IMG/VR virus record: IMGVR_UViG_3300002171_000009
Location: 1-61,513 of that record
Length of the DNA: 61,513 nucleotides
Direction: 5' to 3' (one strand)
Source of the DNA: a virus
Taxonomy: Duplodnaviria; Caudoviricetes
Within the stretch, counting starts at the first letter, position 1, and every line of letters begins with the position of its first letter. Below are positions 30,613 to 42,181 of this stretch, one piece after another. The notes beneath the pieces were generated by a model that saw nothing but the letters and a program-made list of their open reading frames with translations, made no database searches and was not told where the DNA came from. The position numbers and the translations under genes are program-made.

Positions 30613-31195
30613 AGAGAAATGCTGTTCTAAATGTCATAAAACCCAACCACTTGAGAATTTTTGGGTTAGAAAACGCGGGAAGCAATCTGGACGAATATTC
30701 TCTTGGTGCAAAACATGCGTTATAACTTATTCCAGAGATTGGAAACACCGAACAGGGCGACAGCAATCAATGAAAACAAACCGGGATTGCTCTGCTTTTC
30801 TGGGAGTAAACATTGCAGAACGCATTTTATCGCGGTTTTTCGATGATATACAGAGGATGCCCTATAAAAATAAAGGGTTCGACTTCATTTGCGGAAGGGG
30901 ATTTAAGATAGATGTTAAGAGCGGATGCATAACAAGATCTAAACACCGCCAACCATATTGGTTTTTTGGAATAAAGCGCAATAAAATCGCCGATTATTTC
31001 CTCTGTCTGGCATTCGATAGCCGCGAGAATCTGAATCCGCTGCACGTATGGTTAATACCAAACGCTGTTGTGTGTGGGAAAATGAACATTAAAATATCAA
31101 ACACGGTTGAATCGTTGGAAAAATGGAAAATGCATGAACGCTCATTAAACAAAGTTATAACTTGTTGTAATGCCATCAAGGAGCCACATGCATGA
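30605..31195 (+). CDS. Zn-finger plus PD-(D/E)xK endonuclease (homing-type)
   Basis: CSKC...CKTC, then GFDFIC..IDVKS; low GC. Confidence 0.7.
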   Translation: MTEEKCCSKCHKTQPLENFWVRKRGKQSGRIFSWCKTCVITYSRDWKHRTGRQQSMKTNRDCSAFLGVNIAERILSRFFDDIQRMPYKNKGFDFICGRGFKIDVKSGCITRSKHRQPYWFFGIKRNKIADYFLCLAFDSRENLNPLHVWLIPNAVVCGKMNIKISNTVESLEKWKMHERSLNKVITCCNAIKEPHA

Positions 31196-32493
31196 AAGCC
31201 CTAAAAGCCATCATCGAACTCGACGTATCCGCCTATGGGACGGTGCAAGCGGAGAAATTGCTTCGCATATTCAGTTCCTTTTTCAGGGAATGTACGACAT
31301 TCAAGGGAGATATGAGGGGATATATCGTATATGAGGAGGAAGAAGATGAACCAGAGAATTGAAGCAGTATCGAGCTGTGCCCCGGTGTCAAGTGATTTTT
31401 TAGAATACTTGAATTTAAATTCCATAGAAGAAATGTGTATGATAGCGGCTCTAAAGAATTTTGGCTATCAATCCAGGATGATAATCCAGATCGTGGACAA
31501 ATATAAAATCATCTTGACCGAGGCCAAAGAAAGAGATACCCCCGAATGGTTTGCAGAATACAAGAGGTTGATGCATGTCTAAAATTCTATCCGAAGCCCG
31601 CCAACTCTGCGAAGACCTAGAACCCTATCCAGAAGAGATAGGTGAAGATGGCTCAAAGGCCGTTCTCGATCTTAACCGCGAACGGTGGGAAGAAAAGTAT
31701 TCTGGAAGAGCATGGGCGGCTTTCGACATGTTGCCTGAATTGCTGGCATATGCCGAGAAGAGGGAGACGCAGGCGATAGATGAGAAAGTCAAAAGCGACT
31801 ACCCCGGATATGATGCGCTGCCGGAAGAAGATCGCGATGAGAAACGATATATGGGAAAAGACGACGATTTCTATATATTGCATCACCGCGGCAAGCAGTC
31901 ACTTCGGGCAGAAGCCGCAAAGGAACTGGATGCGGACCTTTCATCATGGCATAAGATCACGGAGGAAGAGAAAGAGGCCATCGAGAACACGATTGCGGTT
32001 CTGACCGACTATGAAGTGAATTGCGAGGTTCAGATCGGGGATGTAGCACCTTTGATCGAAGTGCTGGGGGGCCTGCTATGTGTGTAATCAATCGAGATAA
32101 CCAGGTTATCGTAACGGATCGGTCCGAAGAAATTGCTTCGCTGCAAGCGGATTTGTCTACGAAAGATCAAGAGATCAAGCGGCTCCGAGATCTCGGAATG
32201 TCCTCTTTGGATTTCTATATCAAAGCCGCTGAGATGCGCCATAGGAACTTTGATGCTGTATGCGATATGACTTTGGAAGTGATCGATGAATCCGAAAGCC
32301 AGGCCACTCGAATCAAGGATCTTGAGCAGCAATCGGAAGGACAAAAGGCATACATAGGCCGCTTAGAAGCCGCTTATCGTGCAGTCCAAGAACTGAATAC
32401 CAAGCTCATATCGCAGATTGCAGATCAAGAGGAACCGATGGATGAGGAGTTGCGAGAAGATTCGGCGAAGGCGTTGGAAAAATTGAGGAAAGG

Positions 32494-32790
32494 TTAATCT
32501 TTTTTATAATATAATATGAAATCATTTCGCTGAACGATCCTGGCAGCTTCCGCGCGATCCACTTTTAGAACATCCATCCCCATTGGGCAGAACTTAGTAG
32601 GAAAATCATGATCCCTGCATTGCTTTGGCCTATGATCATATATGCTGCATATCTTCATATCATTTTGTGATACCAGATATGGGCATGGCTTATCCTCCGA
32701 ATCTGTCAGAGGGCAAAGTTTTTCACAACACCAGCCACAATTTAGACAGTACATTGCGTCATCAGCTCCTTTGCCCTGCTTATCAAGCAA
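32494..32790 (-). CDS. YkgJ-like cysteine-cluster protein
   Basis: CLNCGWCC..CPYL..CSIYDHRPKQCR..CP. Confidence 0.8.
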   Translation of the reverse strand: MLDKQGKGADDAMYCLNCGWCCEKLCPLTDSEDKPCPYLVSQNDMKICSIYDHRPKQCRDHDFPTKFCPMGMDVLKVDRAEAARIVQRNDFILYYKKD

Positions 32791-33251
32791 TCCGCCTCAC
32801 GCTGCCCCGGATGGACGATATGTATTTGCATCATACCATTCCCTCCATTGCCGGTTCTCCTGCTCCAATCGATGTACTTTGGCTCGCAAGGCTTCCAGCT
32901 ATCACCAATAATTCGCCGTTAACGCAATCTCATAAGTGCAGTGGAATTGCTCGCATACTGTCTTTGCCCATTTTTCCAAGCTTTCTTTCTGCATTTGCAA
33001 TTTCTCCCATGCGATTACCTCGCCATATCCATAAGTCACCGTGTCGAAGAATACGAGATCGCCCTCTTTTGCGGCTATCTGCCATCCTTCATCATAATCC
33101 GATTCCATGATCAATGGTGTATATTCCTCGTCTCCTATCCGAATTTCATCATCTTCAGATGCATCGAAGGCACCTAGGATATCGCGCATGGTCTTTCTGG
33201 ATAGGTCATCAGGTGTCAGTTTGACCATCAGAATAACATTCGGATGAGTGC

Positions 33252-33782
33252 TCATGCAATTACCTTCCTATATATCCCCGGCCCCGACCTCAACTTGCAT
33301 CCCGTCATATGGAACCTATGCGGGCATGGCACATCGCGATTGCCGCACCACTGCGCCCAAGACTCTTCTTGCCAGTATTGGCAGTTCTTCGGGTCAGCGG
33401 GCGGTTGTGCCGGCACATACGGAATGCCCCTCGCCTGGGCAATCGCCTCATCTATGTGGATAGGGTTATAGGGAGGCTCTTCAAATGGTTCGGGGGTGGC
33501 ATGGGGTCTTTCGCCGCTTGCAAGTTCATGGGCCGCTTTCTCTGCGCGATCCTTTGCCTTCTGGTCTTTCTTCCACTGTTGCACTATCGCGATATGGGCA
33601 CAATTGGCTGCGCCACAGTTGCAATCCCAGGCATGTTCACTGTAGATCCTCACATTAGGATCATTGGTTGGGTCAGAATGCCAGCGATCTGTGACATAAT
33701 AGTCTTCCTGGGTGGCATCATTGATGCACCAGTATTTGCGGTAGCCGGTATGACGGCCCTTCTCTTGGACACGCCAGGTCAT
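33252..33782 (-). CDS. SWIM-type zinc-finger protein
   Basis: WDCNC....CAHI. Confidence 0.6.
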   Translation of the reverse strand: MTWRVQEKGRHTGYRKYWCINDATQEDYYVTDRWHSDPTNDPNVRIYSEHAWDCNCGAANCAHIAIVQQWKKDQKAKDRAEKAAHELASGERPHATPEPFEEPPYNPIHIDEAIAQARGIPYVPAQPPADPKNCQYWQEESWAQWCGNRDVPCPHRFHMTGCKLRSGPGIYRKVIA

Positions 33783-33959
33783 TTAGACCGCCTCTTCGAT
33801 CCAATGGGGGACTCCGATTTTCTTTATTTTTGCCATTTCGCTTTCGGCGTGCTCCTTTGTATCATATCTATCCATTGGAAGTCGAAAGACTGTCCCATCG
33901 TGGATTTTCCAAGCTATTTGCCACATGTTCTTTGCACCTCGATACACACACAGGGCAGC

Positions 33960-34023
33960 GTTCCTATTTATACCTTACGGAATGAGCGAAACCCTTATAT
34001 AGTTTTCCTGCATACTACTTGAT
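33960..34023. promoter_or_regulatory. divergent archaeal promoters
   Basis: TATTTATA (33965) and GCGAAACCCTTATATA between divergently oriented gene blocks. Confidence 0.65.
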
Positions 34024-34158
34024 ATGCCAAAAGTCACTATAACAGTGGACAAAGAAACGCTCCGCTGGTTGGGGCAGGAAGTCGAAAAAAAGCGATTTCG
34101 GAATGTCAGCCACGGATTCGAGTTCGCCGTAAATGAACTTGTGAAAAAGGAGAATTGA
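34024..34158 (+). CDS. CopG/RHH regulator, leaderless
   Basis: MPKVTITVDKETLRWLGQEVEKKRFRNVSHGFEFAVNEL (manual translation). Confidence 0.8.
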   Translation: MPKVTITVDKETLRWLGQEVEKKRFRNVSHGFEFAVNELVKKEN

Positions 34159-34338
34159 GAAGATGGGATTTATGTTAGAACCCGCCGGCAAGAATGTGCG
34201 GCTTACGATCACAGGCCACGAGGGATTCAACGTGCGAAGCAATCCAGAAGGTACAATCGTTCTGGAAGGGCCGAAAGATGCATGGCCCGGATTGGCAGAA
34301 TTGCTTGCTGGTGACTTTTTAGATGCAGAGGATTGAAC

Positions 34339-34689
34339 ATGCCAACAAATGCCGAATTGCAACTCGCTTTCCAAAACCTGGAAACCGCGAGAAAGAACCT
34401 ATATGAAGCATCAGAAAAAGAACTTACCGCCCGCGAGAACCTCGAGACCGCCGAATACGAGGCCATCCAGGACGGCAAGATCGATGGCAAGAACGAGCAG
34501 GTCAGGAAGGCACAACTCGCGGAGATCGTGGAAGCGGAGCAATGCGCTCTATATCTCGCGGAGATCGAGAAGAGACGGATGGCATTGGCGTTTGAAATTG
34601 AGTCGATGCGTGTCGATGCGATGAAGTGGCAGATTCGCAACGAAATGGCGGCGGCTGCCTTGGAAGATGCCGGATTGGCGGTGGTCTAA
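34339..34689 (+). CDS. coiled-coil protein
   Basis: Helical, E/A-rich; IDGKNEQVRKAQL. Confidence 0.55.
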   Translation: MPTNAELQLAFQNLETARKNLYEASEKELTARENLETAEYEAIQDGKIDGKNEQVRKAQLAEIVEAEQCALYLAEIEKRRMALAFEIESMRVDAMKWQIRNEMAAAALEDAGLAVV

Positions 34690-35311
34690 TTGGATCGAGA
34701 TGAAGAGATATCCAAGCTGCCTGAGATTGATCCCGACGAGGAAGAGACTTGGGCAGCAGAGCAAGAATATGAGAAAATTAAGAAGGAGAGGAAGTAAATG
34801 GCAAATGCAAATGAGCAATTATTGAAAGTTTTTGCCGAGATTCAGAAAGAAGCCGCCAACGATCGTCATGTCAGCAATTTGACCAATTCCGTAGGTCACC
34901 TGTTCATCAATGGCATGGCCTATGAGGTCACCATATCGCTAGAAAGCGATTATGATGAAATGATCGTCGATCCGTTGAGCAAAGATGTTATTCCATTGGT
35001 GATCTAAATATGCCAATAGCAAAATGCGACTGCGTAAACTCCTTCCAAGATGCCAAATACGGCTCCGGAATGCGGGTACATAATATCATGAAGAATGCGA
35101 AGGCGGATGCCACGTCCAAGATGGGGCGATGCACTGTTTGCTCCACGGAGCGAGTGCTGAAAGGAGATGCATGAATATGGTAAAACTCTATGATCGAACA
35201 ATTGAACTTCTCGAACATATCGTAAAAATGGACGTGGACGAGCCAATTGTGCTCATGAATATAAAAGCGGAGGCAAATGCCATCTTGGAAGCGATTAAAG
35301 AGGCGAGCTAA

Positions 35312-36202
35312 ATGGCTGGAAAAGTGACTAAGAAAGAGATAGCCGATGCAATCACATCCTATTGCGCCAAACATGGCGCGGAAGCAGCATATGATGAGGC
35401 GACAGACAGCTATCATCTAAAAGATCAGAACGACTTAGAATGTGTGTTTGGGCCCGGATTGAAATGCTCATCTGAATCCGTGCTCGATGAACTCAAGGAA
35501 TTGCTTGTCTCGATGAGGATGGATAGCGAGCCTGCGAGAGGCTCTAATTTGCCTGCCAAACGGCCCGGAGGTACAATCAGTCGATCGCAGGGAGAACCTG
35601 CCCAAGGAAGCGCGCTAGAGACCGTCAGACGTACCATAGACTCTAAAGACCAGACCTATAATGCAGGCGGCAACGAAGAAGCCTACGCCGCCGTGAAGAT
35701 CAAGGCATTCGAAGAGATGGGCGGTTCCTACCAAATCATGTCGTCTGAAGTAAAACCAGACATGGCCCGCTACCTGATCAGAGGAACTTTGCCAGACGGC
35801 AGGTTCAACGAGTCTGAATATTCCGTATTCCAAGATCAATGGCAGCGCGATATGGCCTGGGACATGGTAGACAAGCAAATGGAAGCGGGCCGGAACATAT
35901 TGGACTTGGATTGCCCCGCATTAGAAAACGGAATGCCGAACCTGATCAAAGGCGCTATGATGAAAATCAAGAAGGGCGCAAAGAAAGGAGAAGTTGTATC
36001 TGGCTGGATCGATGTTCCGGCTGCCTATCACATCGCTACTACGGTGAACAAGCTGTGGAAATTCCAGCGAGTACAGGCCCAAACAAAGGCAAAAGCAAAG
36101 ATCGCCAAGGAGATGGTAGGAGCGGCATTTGGAATGCTGGACCAGGGCGAACTGGAAGACGAGCAGAGAGAAAGAGACCAGGTCAGCGAGGCGAGAGCAT
36201 GA
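35312..36202 (+). CDS. hypothetical protein, possible single-strand annealing protein
   Basis: Early-region position and AQTKAKAK..G..ELE C-terminus; weak support. Confidence 0.35.
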   Translation: MAGKVTKKEIADAITSYCAKHGAEAAYDEATDSYHLKDQNDLECVFGPGLKCSSESVLDELKELLVSMRMDSEPARGSNLPAKRPGGTISRSQGEPAQGSALETVRRTIDSKDQTYNAGGNEEAYAAVKIKAFEEMGGSYQIMSSEVKPDMARYLIRGTLPDGRFNESEYSVFQDQWQRDMAWDMVDKQMEAGRNILDLDCPALENGMPNLIKGAMMKIKKGAKKGEVVSGWIDVPAAYHIATTVNKLWKFQRVQAQTKAKAKIAKEMVGAAFGMLDQGELEDEQRERDQVSEARA

Positions 36203-37422
36203 ATCCCGCCTCTCCTTTCCAGATCGGTGATGTGGTCAAGATCATCGGCCCCGGAAAAATGGGAGACCCATCACAGATGGGCCAAACGTTCATAATCGAA
36301 CGAATAGACGGAGAATATTATAGCGATAGTCATACAGCTTTCTGGTATCCCGCCAGTTCCTTGCGCAAGGTCGATGAATTGCATGTAGGCGACTATGCAA
36401 AGATCATTTTGCCAGGCAGCAATTGCGGTGAAATCCATCAGGTGATTCGAATTGATGAAAACGAAATCCGCCCATTCAATGGAAAGACCTATCCAATCCA
36501 GTTAGATGACATGTCGTGGTGGCAACGTTCCAGCTTGCGGAAGGTCGGTGGCCCGGAATTGAAGATGGGCGATTGGGTCAAAGTGATAGGGGAACCATGC
36601 CCGATTTACAGAGGATGTCCTGAACATGAACTCAACCGGATATTCCAGATCACTCAGATAGATGAAAGGAACCACGAATGGTTCTCCTGTTTATGTAATC
36701 CGACATATCCCGCATCCTCCCTGCGAAAGCTCACCCCGGAAGAAGTGCGAGCACATTTGCACCCATCGCGTGAATGGAAAGTAGACTTCTATTCAACTGA
36801 TAGCGAGGCCGAATGGCAAGAAAAGAGAATACAGGTACTTGAACACCGGCAAAAAGACGACAGAGCGCAGCTTGCCGCCATCGAGAAACGCCAAGGAGCC
36901 CAACAGAATCGCATGGACGCCATTGAGAAGAAACTGAAAGGATGGCATGATTCACAGGTGTCCGTCAATTCCAAACTTCGGAGACGATGCCATGAAGCCG
37001 AGCAGAGGCTTGCTTTCCTGGAGAAATGGCAGATGGAGCATGATCTGGAGAGGACATCGAGGTTCAGAACAAAGATTGAAAATATATATGAGCAAGCCAA
37101 AACTAGCCCGCGCTCCGTGGCGGAAATTGCTGAAAATACGTGCGCCGAAGTGGCAAGCGGCCATGTGACATTGGACGACATGCTTGCAGATGGCACGATT
37201 GAAGTGCATGATTTCAGGAAGGCGGATGTCAAGACCCAGCGAAAGATCATCCGCCGATTGGAAGAAGAACTTATCGATGGATATGATGGGGCAATCTGCG
37301 AGGAATGCGAAGACGCCGCTGATTCACATGTCGATCTATCCATCGATGATCGCAAAGAAGCCCCTGGCATATGCGATCCGCAAGCTCAGAATGCCAGATA
37401 TGAAAAGCGATCCGAGATTTGA
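36199..37422 (+). CDS. protein with three KOW/SH3-like repeats and a coiled coil
   Basis: xGDxVKII...(Y)PASSLRK three times; start coupled (ATGA) to the upstream gene. Confidence 0.65.
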   Translation: MNPASPFQIGDVVKIIGPGKMGDPSQMGQTFIIERIDGEYYSDSHTAFWYPASSLRKVDELHVGDYAKIILPGSNCGEIHQVIRIDENEIRPFNGKTYPIQLDDMSWWQRSSLRKVGGPELKMGDWVKVIGEPCPIYRGCPEHELNRIFQITQIDERNHEWFSCLCNPTYPASSLRKLTPEEVRAHLHPSREWKVDFYSTDSEAEWQEKRIQVLEHRQKDDRAQLAAIEKRQGAQQNRMDAIEKKLKGWHDSQVSVNSKLRRRCHEAEQRLAFLEKWQMEHDLERTSRFRTKIENIYEQAKTSPRSVAEIAENTCAEVASGHVTLDDMLADGTIEVHDFRKADVKTQRKIIRRLEEELIDGYDGAICEECEDAADSHVDLSIDDRKEAPGICDPQAQNARYEKRSEI

Positions 37423-38591
37423 GCACGCGGTGGCGGATATACTAGAGGAGATGTTGCAATGACTTGGATTCAATCGTATGGCCGGAAATATCACATCCCG
37501 GGCGCGCGTGGGTGGTCATTATGCCGAATGGCAAAACTCATGAAGGAACCGGTCGATAATCCACCAATCGAGAAGAGATGCAAGATATGCATGAAGTTGG
37601 CAGAAGAGGTGGAGAAATGAGCAAATATAGCGAAATGTGGGATAAAGTCGTTTCACCGCGTGCGAAAGAAATCATCGAACGGGCGACTGTTGATCAAGAA
37701 GCCGTCAAGTATTATGTGAGTGGCATGATGTGGGCAGTAGAGCACGATTTGGCAGACGGGCGCGAATGTGGATTAGGCTCCTTGAATTGTTTGCTGCAAG
37801 TAAAGGGAGTCTTCTCTTCGGAGAGTTATTTTTCCGGCGTTCATCCAGATACGCCGAAGGAAGAAATTGACAGAATGCGGCAATTATCCGCACTCATTGG
37901 AAAATTAATCGAGGCGGCATGACTGAATCCCTCACCAATCTCGATGAAGCCTATAGATCGATCGAATCTGGCCGTCATAAGCAAATAAGATCGGTAGAAA
38001 CTGGAAAATGGGAAGTTTTAATCGAGGGCCCCTATCTGGAAAGCATTGTCAAGGAACTGATTGCTGTTCGGGAGAGGATCGCAGAATTGGAAAGCCCACC
38101 AGAACACACAGATTGGGACAACGGTTACATGAGATACCGACTAGGGCAACTTTCCGAGGACGCGATAAAATGGATGATGGCCTATAGAAAAGCGCAGAAC
38201 AGCAACGTTTTGCGAAAAGGAATGAATAATCAACTTATTGCAGAACTCGCGACTGCCATTATCCCGCAAGCCGGGGATGCCACTATCTTGCGGCATACTT
38301 TAGAAGGCGCAGAATTGGCGCAAAAGCTTACGGGACTTGGTTATAAGGAAGAAATCGATTTACTCAGGCGATATTTGACCGCCATCGAAGGGGGCAAGCT
38401 ATGATCAATACCGCCACATCCGAGAAAGTGGGCATGTGGATAAGCAAATATCATGCCGCCAATAACGCATTCTGGCATGTTGCGGCACGATACGATTCGC
38501 AATCCAAAGAAGTTCATGATGCGGAATTGGCTCTGATTGATGTAAGCAATTGTCTGAGGGAAGCATTGAGAAAGTTGATGGAGGGCGAGCC

Positions 38592-38936
38592 ATGATGATT
38601 AAGTTTAGCCATAGATACAATAAAATGCCGCCCGGTTTTGGGCATTCCAAGCTCATCGATGTCATCCCCACGGATCTTGCGGATCTCTCCAATCCATTCC
38701 GGGCCTATGATACCACATTCACCGAGGATGGATGGTCTGATACCTATCCATTGCCCGCCAAAGGAGCCTATATGATCCTAATGTTGCTCACAGAGTCATG
38801 TGAGTATCAAGGAGTGAGGTTGCCAGGGCAACTTTGGACCACAATCAGATCGCAAAAAGGCAAAGGCGGCATAGATAAGCTATCGTATTACAAGAATAAA
38901 ATTGGAGAAATCGCCGAGTGCCGGGTGATTGCATGA
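38592..38936 (+). CDS. hypothetical protein (ASCH/PUA-like?)
   Basis: IKFSHRYNKM..WTTIR..YY...IGE. Confidence 0.35.
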   Translation: MMIKFSHRYNKMPPGFGHSKLIDVIPTDLADLSNPFRAYDTTFTEDGWSDTYPLPAKGAYMILMLLTESCEYQGVRLPGQLWTTIRSQKGKGGIDKLSYYKNKIGEIAECRVIA

Positions 38937-39101
38937 GCGACGAATATTATCTATCTAGAAAAGAGTTCGCTGCAATGCAATCTTTCATGCAGGAACATGC
39001 CGAATCAAATATATTCATACTGAAATATACAGGAACCGGCATAGGTGTGGGTACTGCCATCATCTGTGGGAAATGCCAGAAAGAAGAGGATGTGACAGAT
39101 T

Positions 39102-39884
39102 ATGGCGAGTGGTAAAATCCAAGTCCTCATCGACAACAACGAGAAAGACAGCACCCGCGCCCATGCCCTGATCTTGGCGGCTTCATCAGACACCAGGTTT
39201 GAGACCCCAAAGTTTGCCGAGCTGGATGTAGATGCGCAATTTAGATATAATCGTGGTTGGGGTGAATACGGCGAGCCGAAAGTGGTATTTCGCGATCCCA
39301 TTGATATATATAACGTTGAATTTAAAGAAACTGACGACTACGTTTCGACCGTCTTGGGGAAAGATGCACATGGCTATCTGCAATACCTTGCAATGGCAGA
39401 AGCTGGCAATCTTTCCATGTTCTTGGTCTTGGGTGGCGACCAAGATGTCTCAGATGCAATCTACAATAGCCTGAAGACCCGCTATAAGGGCAAGGAACTA
39501 TCTTTCCAGATAGGAAGCTATGAGAAACGCATCATAGACTTTGAAAGCCAATGTGAGGCCTTGCACTGCCCCGTAGAGCGATGGGAGAAGGCACCATATA
39601 GCAGGCTGCTATCTAGGGTTGCTAAATCTCTTCTCGGAGCAACATTGATAGGCTATGCTCCCAGACCAGATGAAAATGAGCGGGAAATAGTCGCTGCAAG
39701 TTGTTTATTCAATGGCATTGGTCCGAAGATTTTAACAGAGGTATTAAAAGATTATGACCTTTGTTTCGTCCCAAAGAAAGATTATGCGAGGCAACCACGC
39801 GACATGAAGGGGATAGGTCCCAAGCGGGCGGAAATGATCGATAAGAGAATCGTTATGGCTTATGGATTTAGAGGGAGAACATGA
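39102..39884 (+). CDS. ERCC4/XPF-family nuclease with HhH motifs (resolvase candidate)
   Basis: VLIDNNE..DVD..VEFKETDDYVSTV; two GIGPK motifs. Confidence 0.75.
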   Translation: MASGKIQVLIDNNEKDSTRAHALILAASSDTRFETPKFAELDVDAQFRYNRGWGEYGEPKVVFRDPIDIYNVEFKETDDYVSTVLGKDAHGYLQYLAMAEAGNLSMFLVLGGDQDVSDAIYNSLKTRYKGKELSFQIGSYEKRIIDFESQCEALHCPVERWEKAPYSRLLSRVAKSLLGATLIGYAPRPDENEREIVAASCLFNGIGPKILTEVLKDYDLCFVPKKDYARQPRDMKGIGPKRAEMIDKRIVMAYGFRGRT

Positions 39885-40471
39885 ATATGATTCCAAAAAA
39901 GATTATCCTCTCAATCGATTATGAGGGAATGTCATTGATCCAGGTTGAGCAGTTGATTCAGGCCAAAAACCCATTATTGATATTAGCGAAATGTGATGGC
40001 AGAATGATGAATATAGGCATCACAGTGGAGGAACCATGCCAGACGACCTAAAAGACATCATAACCTGCATATGCGGAGAAAACCCACCAATCCAATGATC
40101 GCCGTCAAGACCCCACACGGAATATCTTATACATCCCATACTAGACCAGACGAGAAGATTGTGCAGTCGGACCGCGAATTGTACTGGTGTGATGTGGATT
40201 GCCAGAAGTGTGGGAGAAATTGTGAGAGTGTGATATGCAAATGACGGAAGACTTAGCCACCTGGCTATGATGGAGATATCAAGACGGAAAAGCATCTATA
40301 CTTGATATCAGAGGGGCGAGGTGATTCGCCCACATCTGCATTGCTAGCTGCCTATATCACCATGTTGATTTGATCTGGCCGAATCTTCGTCTGTGCTGCC
40401 AAAGTTCCGCATGTGAGCAAGGCAATCACAATTAGGGGGATATGTTTTCATAAAACCACCTTAAGCCTCTG

Positions 40472-42172
40472 TTAACTTCCGATAGTGCCAAATGTTTTCC
40501 ACGTACCAGGCGTGCCACCCGTCGTGCACACAAAACCGATGTTCCCACCTGCTGTGGGAATCATATTGTAGTAAATTTCCCCTGCAAGGTGACGCCCACT
40601 GGTCGGAGCGCTGGTGGATCTTTGCCAGGAGTTGTCTGCAACTGTAATATTCATCACCCCGGTATTGCCAACTGGAGTTGTCACCGAGCCATAACATATA
40701 TTCTGTCGTATGTATAGAGCTGCCTTTAGCTCTGGCAAGGGTGCCGCTCCGGTAGATATTTCGATGCCATATTGGTTGCCTCGTCCGTTGATCACATTAT
40801 TTTCCAGCGTGATATTGCCCTGCCAATAATATGATGTAGCGAGACCAAATAAAAGTCTAACGGGGGCATATGAAGCATTAAAAGACGTAAGGTGATTCGC
40901 AGATATTATGACATTTTTTGGGTATATTAGGTATACAGGATTTCCATTTGTCGATGTTACGGTGTTTTCCATTATTAGGAGCGATGCTACACTATTAGCG
41001 GCAGAACCGACAATACCACCGAGGTTACTTACAATATTGTTACCGAAAATGTATGACATTTGTGTACGGGGCTGATAATTTCCATGCGCGATGTTTAGTG
41101 TTCCTATCAGATTATTCATTGAAAATTTGGATGAATAACCTATATATGTATTAAGTGTTACGTCGCCTTTAATATCATTATACATGATATTAGTATAACT
41201 AGTATTTGCTAGGGATGGAGAGACCATCATCAGCGAGCCAATTATCGTATTATGTAAAATTTCCGTTTCCGTGGCTATTTCAGATGCGATATTTGGTTCG
41301 ATGTCTATTGCGCCGGACTTGCCGCCAGAAAGTTTGTTATAACGAATCGAATTATGACGCCCAGTAATAACTGCAATAGCAGTGCGATAATTGTTATGTA
41401 TGTCGTTTTCATAAATGCTATTAAAATTCGATCCGCCTGTCAAAGAATAACCAATGAAAACTCCATCCATGATACAATTATAAATTTCACAATCGCGGAT
41501 AGTACAATTAGCAGCCGCCATGAGATTGATTCCTGCTGCCATGACATCCCCATTCTGACCATGACCATTTACAATATAATTGTTTTCACGGTTTCCATCA
41601 ATTGATATACCCTCAATTGTAACATTTTTAACTATAAATTGTTTATTTGAATAATCGATTGCTCGGGCACCACCATCATACCAACTATCTCCACTATATT
41701 TTCTAAAACACCCAAACACATTTGCTGCATATATACCATATGAATCAATCTCTCCGCCACCAAACGACGCATTTAATGCCCCATCAGGCAATTTTATAAA
41801 ACTGTTTCCAGTAATTCCAAAAATTTTAACATCCGACTGTAGTAAAATATTTGCACCGATAAAATGACCGGGGGGAATATAGACAGGCAGTTTTCCATGA
41901 TCTCGCGAGTAATTGATAGTTGCCTGAATAGCATACGTATCGTCGTTATTATCCGCGCCATCGGCTCCAAACTCGGTAATTGCGAAATATGTCCTGTTTG
42001 CCTTATCCCATCCCTGCCCGACCGTCATTGCATCATACATGGCCGAGCCATTAGATATATTCGTCAGGCCGTACCCAAGCATATCGTAATCACTCGGCGT
42101 AACCTGATTGAGCCTGATCGCTCCGGCGCTGCCTATCAGCAGGGCAAAGATTAAGAGAATTGCAAATTTCAT
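40472..42172 (-). CDS. right-handed beta-helix (pectate-lyase-like) tailspike/adhesin with signal peptide
   Basis: FGADG..DDTYAIQATIN..VYIPPG, N/I-rich coils, GFVCTTGGTPGTWKTFG; N-terminus MKFAILLIFALLIGSAGA. Confidence 0.8.
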   Translation of the reverse strand: MKFAILLIFALLIGSAGAIRLNQVTPSDYDMLGYGLTNISNGSAMYDAMTVGQGWDKANRTYFAITEFGADGADNNDDTYAIQATINYSRDHGKLPVYIPPGHFIGANILLQSDVKIFGITGNSFIKLPDGALNASFGGGEIDSYGIYAANVFGCFRKYSGDSWYDGGARAIDYSNKQFIVKNVTIEGISIDGNRENNYIVNGHGQNGDVMAAGINLMAAANCTIRDCEIYNCIMDGVFIGYSLTGGSNFNSIYENDIHNNYRTAIAVITGRHNSIRYNKLSGGKSGAIDIEPNIASEIATETEILHNTIIGSLMMVSPSLANTSYTNIMYNDIKGDVTLNTYIGYSSKFSMNNLIGTLNIAHGNYQPRTQMSYIFGNNIVSNLGGIVGSAANSVASLLIMENTVTSTNGNPVYLIYPKNVIISANHLTSFNASYAPVRLLFGLATSYYWQGNITLENNVINGRGNQYGIEISTGAAPLPELKAALYIRQNICYGSVTTPVGNTGVMNITVADNSWQRSTSAPTSGRHLAGEIYYNMIPTAGGNIGFVCTTGGTPGTWKTFGTIGS

Positions 42173-42181
42173 TTAAATCAC

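Noticed and set aside
35839-36198. N-terminal extension of the 527-aa ORF
   Set aside because: Overlaps the 35312..36202 gene out of frame; the coupled ATG at 36199 is the better start.
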